From positions 33,457-97,456 of IMG/VR virus record IMGVR_UViG_3300021365_000005: DNA of 64,000 bases, one strand, 5' to 3'. Source of the DNA: a virus. A program made the translations under genes and the position numbers. The notes under the pieces were generated by a model. That model made no database searches and was not told the origin of the DNA. It was given only the letters and a program-made list of their open reading frames with translations. Shown piece after piece: positions 18,968 through 26,971 of this stretch (positions within the stretch are counted from its first letter, which is position 1; the number at the start of each line of letters is the position of its first letter).

Positions 18968-20847
18968 TATAACTTTTTACTTTTTTTAATCCACTTAAGG
19001 GCTTCTTTGTTTTTTACAGGTTTGTTTAAAAATGACATTACTGCTGATTTAGTTCCTGGGGGAAGTTTTTCTATCATGTTGCCATCAGCTTCTACTTTTA
19101 CAAAATTAGAACCAAAGCCACTTTTAAAAGTGTTAAAATTGTCATGAACTTTTTGCCAGGTCCTTTCCACTACCTTATCAAGTAATTTTCGTTCAGGCCT
19201 ATTTGCATTTCGTTGCAAAGCAGTTTCTAGGGTTGTGTTGACATAAACCATATAAGTGTCATAACCTAAAGCCTCAATACTTTTCTTTTTTCCAAAAAGG
19301 GCATTCGAAGATGCACCAGTTCCATCTATTATAATTCCAAGTTTACCATCCAAATAATTTTCTAATTGCTTTTTAGCAATCTTAACGGACTTACCCATAA
19401 GCTTACCATCAAGGCTTCGTTCGGCATCTGTCATGGCATCAGAATCTGCAGGGATTTTGTGCTTCTTTTTTAAGTACTCAAGGGCTTGATCTAGATTAAC
19501 AACTTTAAGCCCTGTAGATGTTAGACTTTTTATTTGTTTAGAAGATGGGTCGTTGAACAACTTGTTGATAACAGTAGATTTGCCAGAGCCTGGGCCTCCA
19601 GCTAAAAATATAGCCTTAAATATGTACTTATCATTGATCCCTTCTGTAAGAGGCTCTTCGATTTTTTCGCCGTCTGGAGATTTACTAGGAATTTCATCTT
19701 TAAAACTTAGAAATTCAATTCCAAGTTTACTTGCTATTTGCTGAATGTGTTTTTTCCATAAAGCGTATGCTTGGGATGACTTATAGTCTTTGGGATTTGA
19801 AGGGGTGCCTTCGCCGGGAAGTCCTGCTGGAAAGAATGAAGGTGAGGTCGATGAGTATGGATCTTGAAAGCTTTGGAAATCCCCATCATTCATTATATAG
19901 TCTACAACTTTCATTCCTAAACGATCTGCCATTTTGGTAGATGCATTTTTGAAGTGAGCTAAGCTATTATAATATGCTGTAGGCCCGTCGTCGACGTCGG
20001 CACCAGTTAGGTTTGTGGAATTACTTTCAATTATAAACTTATCCAACTCTTTCTGGGATATCGTTTCAAGTATGGTAGTAAAGGCTATTTCTTCGCCTAG
20101 AGTTAATGGTTCGTTGGGAATTGTGATTTTTGATTCCCCTAAAGATTTTAGCTTAAGCTGGTCTTGTATCCATTTCTTTCCAATTGGGTTTTTCAAAGGC
20201 TTACTTACTAATCTAGAAACTCCTTTAATTTTATCTGCATGCATTTTATTAAAATTGCCAACCTCTGTGTTGTCGATGATAACAAATGAAGATCCAAATA
20301 GGGATTGAAACTTGCCCATATTGTTTTGAACATCCATCCAGCTTTTTTCTAAAAGGTCTGCTGGCAATACTCTGTCTCTTTTAAGGTTTCTTTCTTGGGC
20401 AACTTTTAGAGAAGTGTTTACAAAAACCATAGAGCAATCATAACCTTGAGCCTCTAATCTTTTTTTACGCTTTGCAATTTTACTGTAGTTTGCTCCAGTG
20501 CCATCTAGTACTAGACCTAGCTTTCCATCTTCATACATAGCTTGTAGTTTTGCTTTCATTCTACGAGCTTTTTGGCGAGCAGCATTGGGATTGTCTGTGT
20601 AGTACTTAAAAACTTTATCCGTCATTTTAGATAGGTTCTTAGGATTAACCCCAGATTTTTTTAGAAACATTTCAAATGCAGGATCTGAATTAACTTGTTT
20701 TAGTCCTGTAGCAGAAGTAGATTTCATTATGTCGGCAACACCAAATACTTTAGATGCGGCGTATGATTTTCCAGATCCAGGACCTCCTGCTAGAAAAATG
20801 GCCTTTAATATATTTGGATCGTAGACCCCTTCATTAACTGATTTCAT
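18967..20847 (-). CDS. Tandem zeta-toxin/AAA_33-like P-loop kinase (two domains)
   Basis: Two copies of KAIFLAGGPGSGKS, N.D, hhhDGTG, V.T.L..A..RN..R. Confidence 0.85.
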   Translation of the reverse strand: MKSVNEGVYDPNILKAIFLAGGPGSGKSYAASKVFGVADIMKSTSATGLKQVNSDPAFEMFLKKSGVNPKNLSKMTDKVFKYYTDNPNAARQKARRMKAKLQAMYEDGKLGLVLDGTGANYSKIAKRKKRLEAQGYDCSMVFVNTSLKVAQERNLKRDRVLPADLLEKSWMDVQNNMGKFQSLFGSSFVIIDNTEVGNFNKMHADKIKGVSRLVSKPLKNPIGKKWIQDQLKLKSLGESKITIPNEPLTLGEEIAFTTILETISQKELDKFIIESNSTNLTGADVDDGPTAYYNSLAHFKNASTKMADRLGMKVVDYIMNDGDFQSFQDPYSSTSPSFFPAGLPGEGTPSNPKDYKSSQAYALWKKHIQQIASKLGIEFLSFKDEIPSKSPDGEKIEEPLTEGINDKYIFKAIFLAGGPGSGKSTVINKLFNDPSSKQIKSLTSTGLKVVNLDQALEYLKKKHKIPADSDAMTDAERSLDGKLMGKSVKIAKKQLENYLDGKLGIIIDGTGASSNALFGKKKSIEALGYDTYMVYVNTTLETALQRNANRPERKLLDKVVERTWQKVHDNFNTFKSGFGSNFVKVEADGNMIEKLPPGTKSAVMSFLNKPVKNKEALKWIKKSKKL

Positions 20848-20864
20848 GAATTATCTCCTTAGTA

Positions 20865-20872
20865 TATAAATA
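20865..20872 (-). promoter_or_regulatory. Putative late promoter TATTTATA
   Basis: Upstream of the AAGGAGA SD of 20847. Confidence 0.65.
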
Positions 20873-20876
20873 TCTA

Positions 20877-21548
20877 TTATATCCCAATTACCTTTCCAAT
20901 ATTTGCTGTTGCTACACCTAACACTTCACCTATGTTTGCTGTCGCAACGCCTATAACGTCATTTGCATATCCAGACGATGCTTCTGTGTAAGTAAGAGTA
21001 ATTGTAGTTCCAAATCCTATACCTGCGTTTAAAGCCGTTCCTGAGGTTGCTGCTGTATTGCTGTAGTCTTTATCATGTTCAACTATAGCGCAAATAAAGG
21101 CATCATCATTTTGTATGTCTGTATTTGCGGTTGAATTAAGGGTAATGTCATTAGTACCTGAAGCATCCCATGAAGCATATTCACTACTATATGCTGTACT
21201 AAAATCTATTGTAGAAAAAAAATCTGAAGTTGCTAATGTTGTGCCCCCATCTCCACCAAAAGCCGTACTTTTTAAAACAATAACATCAGCTGTGTCTCCT
21301 CCAGCTCCTACAATATTAAGTGAAGTATTTGATATTGTTCCAGTTAGTCCACTAGTGTCAAAATAAAGGAATGTTCTTCTCATAGCATGAGTAAGAGAAC
21401 CACGACCAGGAACTGCTGTATATTGAAGAGCAGCTTGGTCGTTTGTAGGAGCTGATACTACACTACTACCATTTTGTCTTGCAGTTGCAAAAATTCTAGA
21501 GGATTGACCTGTAATATATCCTGCTTTAGATGCGTCTATTGTTGCCAT
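20877..21548 (-). CDS. Putative virion protein
   Basis: Beta-rich, R.FLYFD motif, C-terminal VIGVATANIG repeats. Confidence 0.55.
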   Translation of the reverse strand: MATIDASKAGYITGQSSRIFATARQNGSSVVSAPTNDQAALQYTAVPGRGSLTHAMRRTFLYFDTSGLTGTISNTSLNIVGAGGDTADVIVLKSTAFGGDGGTTLATSDFFSTIDFSTAYSSEYASWDASGTNDITLNSTANTDIQNDDAFICAIVEHDKDYSNTAATSGTALNAGIGFGTTITLTYTEASSGYANDVIGVATANIGEVLGVATANIGKVIGI

Positions 21549-22096
21549 TTTGGTAGGTAGTAGGTTTTGTTATTAAAGTACATATTTGTAGGAGGATCAA
21601 CAGAATATTGTTGGTAGGTAACATTAGGTATGTTATAGAAGTTATTTTCTTCTTCTAGGTTATTCCACCAAGTAGCTACTCCTCCTTTTTTTACTAGAGA
21701 TGATAATGAAGCAGAAAAGTGTATCATATCATCATCACCAAAGGTATCATAAAATACCCCATCGTATGTTGATAGGGAATTTCTTACATCATACCAACTT
21801 CCTGTTATTATTGTTACGTTAGATTTTCCACTTGCCCAAGCCTGAGCTTTAGGGATCACTTCTGGGTGGTTTTCTATAATAGTATGAGAAGAAATTGAGT
21901 GAGAATGCATATACCCTGCTGAGATACCCATCCCAAATCCTATTTCTAAAATATCTCCACCTCCCTTACAAACATAAGCAGCAGAAGCTGACATTAGAGA
22001 ATCCTCCCAATTCATCATTACTTCAAACTTTACACTTTCTTCGGTGTAATAAATCTTATCGGATTCAAAGGTTAATATTTTATCTATATATGTCAT
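21536..22096 (-). CDS. Class I SAM-dependent methyltransferase, GAMT/RMT2-like
   Basis: VMM.WE..LM, ILEIGFGMGISA, HTIIE.HP, G.W, YDGVFYDTF. Confidence 0.85.
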   Translation of the reverse strand: MTYIDKILTFESDKIYYTEESVKFEVMMNWEDSLMSASAAYVCKGGGDILEIGFGMGISAGYMHSHSISSHTIIENHPEVIPKAQAWASGKSNVTIITGSWYDVRNSLSTYDGVFYDTFGDDDMIHFSASLSSLVKKGGVATWWNNLEEENNFYNIPNVTYQQYSVDPPTNMYFNNKTYYLPKWQQ

Positions 22097-23994
22097 TAAG
22101 CAATTTCCACATAAGTGCTATCAGGATTAAAGAACATTTTTTTGTTGCTAACGCCTAGAGAATATCCTAAAATTCTAACTAGGTCACCAGAATCAGACGG
22201 TGCAGTTAGAGTAGCTTCCCCACCGGTTTCAGAAGCATATACTGGAATACCTGCTGCATCAGAACCTGCTGTGTAAGCAGATGCTAAAGTAACACATCCT
22301 TTTATAATCATACCATCTCCAGAGTTTCCATTACCTGCGGCGATCGTTGCAACAGCACATAAGTTATAGACTCTGTTGTCAAAGTTTGCGTCGATTAGCG
22401 TCCAAACCCCAGATCGTAAAGTATATATAGCCCCAGCTGTAACACTAGTACTACTAATGCCATATAGTATTTCGGCACCTGGCCCGTAGTCTCCGGCGTT
22501 ATTACCACTAATAGAATGCTTTATACTAGTAGCTGTAATTTCTCCTGTGTCTATAGTGCTTGTGCCATTATCTATATTGCCAAAGCCAGAAGCTATTGTT
22601 CCCGATCCTAAAGCACCTACTGTTGTTATAGCTAATCCATTAATATCGGCTTGGGTTTGATCAGCAGTAGCACTCGCTTCAATAGCATCCAGTTTTGTTT
22701 TGTCTCCATTTGCAAATGCTCCCTCAGAAGGTTTAGGTTGTAGTGTACTTATCGTTACACCTTTAACTCCTGCTAAATCTGTAAGTTCAGAATCCATAAG
22801 GGCACCTGCTGAGGTAACATTTGCCGTATCAGTTACATCTGCGCTAGCTTCGATACCATCTAATTTTGTTTTATCACCATTAGCGAAAGCACCTTCCGAA
22901 GGTGGTTGTTGGGCTGAGTCAGCTTTGGTTCCTTGTGCGGATGTGGCATAGTCTGAAGAATCGAATGCTTTAACTTGTGCTAAGTTAGTCACTTCTGAGT
23001 CCATTAATGCTCCTGCACTGGTTACGTTTGTAGTGTCAGTTACATCTGCACTGGCTTCTATTCCATCTAATTTTGTTTTATCACCATTAGCGAAAGCACC
23101 TTCTGAAGGCTTAACTTGTAGTGTTGAGATTGTTACTCCCTTAACACCTGCTAAGTCAGTTAATTCACTATCCATAAGGGCACCTGCTGATGTGACGTTT
23201 GCTGTATCTGTAACATCAGCGCTGGCTTCAATGGCATCCAGTTTTGTTTTATCGCCATTAGCAAATGCTCCCTCAGAAGGCTTAACTTGTAGTGTTGAGA
23301 TTGTTACTCCCTTAACACCCGCTAAATCTGTTAACTCTGAGTCCATTAATGCTCCTGCAGCTGTAACGTTTGTAGTATCGGTTATGTCTGCTGACGCTTC
23401 TATTGCATCTAGCTTGTCGTGATGTGCAACTGACATTACGCCTGCAATTGTATCAGATGCTTCTGCAATTATTACATTAGTTCCATCTGAGGAGTTTATT
23501 GTGATCTGAGATGCGTGTGTTGTTGCGGTTAAGTTTGTGCTTACGTTTGTTGCTTTAGCAGTGTTAGCAGTGATTGCTGTTTCAACATTTGCTATGTTTG
23601 GTATTGCAACTGTACCCGTAAATGTTGGACTTGCTATAGGAGAATAAATTGTGTTTATGTTTGCACCATTATCAAAATAGTCTGCAGCATATATATTAGC
23701 ACTTGCACTTATATTACCTGAGGCTGTTATGTCGCCTGTGAACGTATGAGTGTCTCCAGCAGAGTCTCCAAACGCGGTAGATCCCGAACTGAATGATGTT
23801 GTCATGTGAGTTACCGATGAGGAAACCACATATGTTTCTGCAGTTAACGTGTCGACTTTAAAGTCGCTTAGTACACTTGAGCCTGATCCATAGAATAATT
23901 TACCCGAATCAAGATTAATTGCTAGTTCGCCTTCTGCAAGACTTGATGGTACGGAACTACCAGTTCCTCTTTTTATTTGTATTGTGTTTGCCAT
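22096..23994 (-). CDS. Tail fibre protein with internal repeats
   Basis: N-terminus IQIKRG...LAEGELAIN...KLFYG; DKTKLD.IEA repeats. Confidence 0.8.
   Translation of the reverse strand: MANTIQIKRGTGSSVPSSLAEGELAINLDSGKLFYGSGSSVLSDFKVDTLTAETYVVSSSVTHMTTSFSSGSTAFGDSAGDTHTFTGDITASGNISASANIYAADYFDNGANINTIYSPIASPTFTGTVAIPNIANVETAITANTAKATNVSTNLTATTHASQITINSSDGTNVIIAEASDTIAGVMSVAHHDKLDAIEASADITDTTNVTAAGALMDSELTDLAGVKGVTISTLQVKPSEGAFANGDKTKLDAIEASADVTDTANVTSAGALMDSELTDLAGVKGVTISTLQVKPSEGAFANGDKTKLDGIEASADVTDTTNVTSAGALMDSEVTNLAQVKAFDSSDYATSAQGTKADSAQQPPSEGAFANGDKTKLDGIEASADVTDTANVTSAGALMDSELTDLAGVKGVTISTLQPKPSEGAFANGDKTKLDAIEASATADQTQADINGLAITTVGALGSGTIASGFGNIDNGTSTIDTGEITATSIKHSISGNNAGDYGPGAEILYGISSTSVTAGAIYTLRSGVWTLIDANFDNRVYNLCAVATIAAGNGNSGDGMIIKGCVTLASAYTAGSDAAGIPVYASETGGEATLTAPSDSGDLVRILGYSLGVSNKKMFFNPDSTYVEIA
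22670..23420 (-). repeat. In-frame tandem repeat, 57-aa unit, four copies plus a partial (one 69-aa variant)
   Basis: DKTKLDAIEASADVTDTANVTSAGALMDSELTDLAGVKGVTISTLQVKPSEGAFANG; boundaries approximate. Confidence 0.9.
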
Positions 23995-24417
23995 TTAAAA
24001 TATTCCTCCATCCATATTTCCTATGAATGATGTTGCTGTTATTATTCCACTTGAGCTTATATCGCCTGATGCTGTTATTGAACCCGAGACAATTAGGTTG
24101 GATAGCACATCTGTTGATGCTGGATTAAATCTAAGACCCGAAGTAGTATTGGAATGGTTAACGATATCTCCTGCTGTAATAATGCCACTTGCAGAAACAT
24201 CACCTACTAGGTTAATATCCCCTTGCATTTCTATGGTATCTTGGAAAATTATGGGATTAAAAAATTGGGCATCGCCATTTACATTAAATTGATTAACCTC
24301 TAAATTTAGGGATGATACAATACTACCCGTACCATTAAATAAGGTTGACCCATCAGTATGTAACACCCTTTGAAAAGTGTCCTGTATATTACTTCCGCTT
24401 AAGTTTGGTAACGCCAT
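23995..24417 (-). CDS. Short fibre/connector protein
   Basis: GSITASGDISSSG motif; ends in MDGGIF. Confidence 0.6.
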   Translation of the reverse strand: MALPNLSGSNIQDTFQRVLHTDGSTLFNGTGSIVSSLNLEVNQFNVNGDAQFFNPIIFQDTIEMQGDINLVGDVSASGIITAGDIVNHSNTTSGLRFNPASTDVLSNLIVSGSITASGDISSSGIITATSFIGNMDGGIF

Positions 24418-24424
24418 TTACTAA

Positions 24425-24988
24425 CTACTTTCTTTTTTCTAAAACTTTTAGGACTTTGTTTATTACTGGAGACTTTTGAGCAGGCTCTATAGTGTTTTCA
24501 TTTACATATGTTGCTACGATGTTATTTAGTTTGTTGCGCTTAATAACAAGATTAGCCATTGTGATGTCTTCTTTTATTAAAAGTTTAACTAGGTTTAATA
24601 CGTGTTGCTTTTCAGTAATAGTAGGCTTTTGGGATAAGATTTCTATTTGAGATTTAGATTCAAGTACTTTTCGGGATCCCTGAGATTTAACTTCAACAGT
24701 TACCTTTTTAGAAGTTTCTACTTCAAAGGTTGATTCCCATGGAATAAAGTATGTGTCTTCGGCAATCACTTCTAAACGAATGTTTCCACTAGATCGGTCT
24801 TCTAGTAATCCTTTTAGTCTTTTAACAGGGATTTCAACTTCACCCCCTGATGATATTGTACCCTTAAACATTAAATCAAAATCTTCAGATTCGACTACTA
24901 GTCTTGCTTGGGACTTTTTAAGTGAGGCACCTTCGAGCTTTATTTTAGCTGAAAACTTTTCTATTTTGTCAGTGTATAATGTGTACAT
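24425..24988 (-). CDS. Hypothetical virion-associated protein
   Basis: Ig-like N-terminal half (LEVIAEDTYF.PW), then L/I-x-E sites. Confidence 0.55.
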   Translation of the reverse strand: MYTLYTDKIEKFSAKIKLEGASLKKSQARLVVESEDFDLMFKGTISSGGEVEIPVKRLKGLLEDRSSGNIRLEVIAEDTYFIPWESTFEVETSKKVTVEVKSQGSRKVLESKSQIEILSQKPTITEKQHVLNLVKLLIKEDITMANLVIKRNKLNNIVATYVNENTIEPAQKSPVINKVLKVLEKRK

Positions 24989-25268
24989 GTCTTTTTAATT
25001 CCTCTGCTATTAATTCTATTTCTTTTGTATGATGAGTTATATTTTTAACTTCTTTTTTTTCATCATAAATTTTAATTCCATTCCTATGCATAATTAAACG
25101 GATTAACTTTTTCTTTTTGTCGTCCTTTAACTTGCGAAGCTCTGTGTCGTCTACATAGCCATTATTAGTTACAGAATCGACAATTTCTGATATTTCAGCC
25201 AAGTTCCATAAATGGGGGTTTAGGTCCCATTTAAAATTAGCTTCGTTCCATTTAATTTTAGTTGCCAT
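24969..25268 (-). CDS. Hypothetical protein
   Basis: Trp-repeat N-terminus, basic C-terminus; late motif 1 nt upstream of the ATG. Confidence 0.55.
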   Translation of the reverse strand: MATKIKWNEANFKWDLNPHLWNLAEISEIVDSVTNNGYVDDTELRKLKDDKKKKLIRLIMHRNGIKIYDEKKEVKNITHHTKEIELIAEELKRHVHIIH

Positions 25269-25269
25269 A

Positions 25270-25277
25270 TATAAATA
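25270..25277 (-). promoter_or_regulatory. Putative late promoter TATTTATA abutting the start codon
   Basis: GATATTTATA-T-ATG. Confidence 0.55.
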
Positions 25278-25281
25278 TCAC

Positions 25282-26970
25282 CTAAAAGGTTCCTCCGTCT
25301 ATACCAGATACACTAAGGGTTCCACTTGCGCTTATATTACCTGACAAACTTAGATTACCTGCTATATCCGCGTTACCGTCTACATCTAAAGCGTCAGCAT
25401 TTACAGTACCATCAAAATAAGCATCTTTCCACTGCCAGGTACCAGAACCTAAATCATAGGTATCATCTGCTCCTGGGTAAAGATTACCATGTAGATAACC
25501 ATCTTTGTATCTTTCTAAAAAGTTAACACCTTGTGTGTTAGCGGTGCTAGTGTTATTTAAGCTGTTGTCACCAGCTCTATAGTTAGCGGCATATAACGTG
25601 TGTATTCTAAAATAACTATTGTTTTGACTTCCTCCTAACGTATATCTTAATTTTGTTGTTCCTTGCCCTGTTCCGCTGTTACCAGTAATTTGTCTTAATA
25701 CAACATTCTCTGAATTGTCTGTAATGTCACAAAGAGTTTGCCATCCATCGTCTGTTTGATACGCTTCTATTTTAACTCTTTGAGGAGTAAAACTAACTGC
25801 CCCAAAAACTATACCTACCCAAGAGCTATATTGTAACTCGTTAGTCCACTCTAAAGTGATAACACCAACACCAGCGGTACTACCATCCGCACCGTTATCA
25901 GAGTACCAGCTACCAGCTGTACTTGAGTGCGCGTCAAAAGCTTTCCCACTGTCAAAATCTGATTCAGCGACAGGGTTGCTATAAGTATAATTTCCAGATG
26001 AACCGCTTCTAGTTTTATATAAACCAGTTACCGTTATACTCGAGTTACTCCACTTATTAAACCCTGCTAAGTCATTTATTATATGAGGTATGTGAACCAT
26101 AGAGGCTTCAGCTGCTGGGTTTAGAAACCCACCGCGTACCACGGTGCCAGTGGTACTTGTGCTAATAGCCTGAAAGTCAGCTCTGCCGTTTATATCTAGG
26201 CTAGTACCTTCTAATTCTGTACCTGTAATTTTACCAGTAGATGTTATCGCTCCGGATCCTATTGTACCTGTAACCGTAAGTAGACCTGCTTTGTCTAAAG
26301 TCATTACAGTAGCTAAGCTTCCACCAGTGTTTGTACCGTGTTTCCAAACCCAGTTGTCGTTTCCAGATCCACCGCCCCAAAGCTCAAAACTAGTGTTCAT
26401 AGCATCGCCATCGGTCTCATCTTGTCTGTGTATTAAGTGTGCTGTTCTATCTTCTGTATATACTCCCCAGTATTCAGTTGAAGCTCTACCAACTTTAAAT
26501 TGAGGACTATTTGGAGCTCCTTGAGATACAGTATATACTTCCAATCCAGCATCCCCTGTTGGGTGGATTATTTGAAGGCCATCTTCACTTTGATCCCAAA
26601 GCATATATGATCCTGCTGTCGCTCCAAAGAATTTAACATCGTGGCCCGTGTCATTTACACCGACGGTGAGATCGCTTGAGATAGGAGATCCTAAAGCTAA
26701 TGTTGTATCACTAGAACCTATAGTTAATGTAACACCTGTTGATCCATCTTCTGCTTTTATATTGCCTGTTTGTTCAAATAAAATGTCTACATTATTAGTA
26801 CCATCTCCGATGTAAATATCAGATGCCCCATCACCTATTAATACATCTCCTACTGCATTGCTAATAACAAGATTATTACCATCTTGGGTTATTGCTCCGC
26901 ATTCAGCGCCTGAACTATTATCAAATACTATATCGCCATCTGCTGGCGTGATTATAATGTCTTTTGCCAT
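25282..26970 (-). CDS. Tail fibre/receptor-binding protein
   Basis: TVGVNDTGHDVKFFG and P.ADDTYDLGS...WKD.Y fibre motifs; ends in IDGGTF. Confidence 0.75.
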   Translation of the reverse strand: MAKDIIITPADGDIVFDNSSGAECGAITQDGNNLVISNAVGDVLIGDGASDIYIGDGTNNVDILFEQTGNIKAEDGSTGVTLTIGSSDTTLALGSPISSDLTVGVNDTGHDVKFFGATAGSYMLWDQSEDGLQIIHPTGDAGLEVYTVSQGAPNSPQFKVGRASTEYWGVYTEDRTAHLIHRQDETDGDAMNTSFELWGGGSGNDNWVWKHGTNTGGSLATVMTLDKAGLLTVTGTIGSGAITSTGKITGTELEGTSLDINGRADFQAISTSTTGTVVRGGFLNPAAEASMVHIPHIINDLAGFNKWSNSSITVTGLYKTRSGSSGNYTYSNPVAESDFDSGKAFDAHSSTAGSWYSDNGADGSTAGVGVITLEWTNELQYSSWVGIVFGAVSFTPQRVKIEAYQTDDGWQTLCDITDNSENVVLRQITGNSGTGQGTTKLRYTLGGSQNNSYFRIHTLYAANYRAGDNSLNNTSTANTQGVNFLERYKDGYLHGNLYPGADDTYDLGSGTWQWKDAYFDGTVNADALDVDGNADIAGNLSLSGNISASGTLSVSGIDGGTF

Positions 26971-26971
26971 A

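Noticed and set aside
18967-20847. Classical epsilon-zeta toxin-antitoxin module
   Set aside because: No antitoxin-like gene upstream; late-operon context and cleavage-like sites fit virion cargo better.
22096-23994. Diversity-generating retroelement target, given the Mtd-like N-terminus
   Set aside because: No reverse transcriptase and no template/variable repeat pair differing at adenines in this window.
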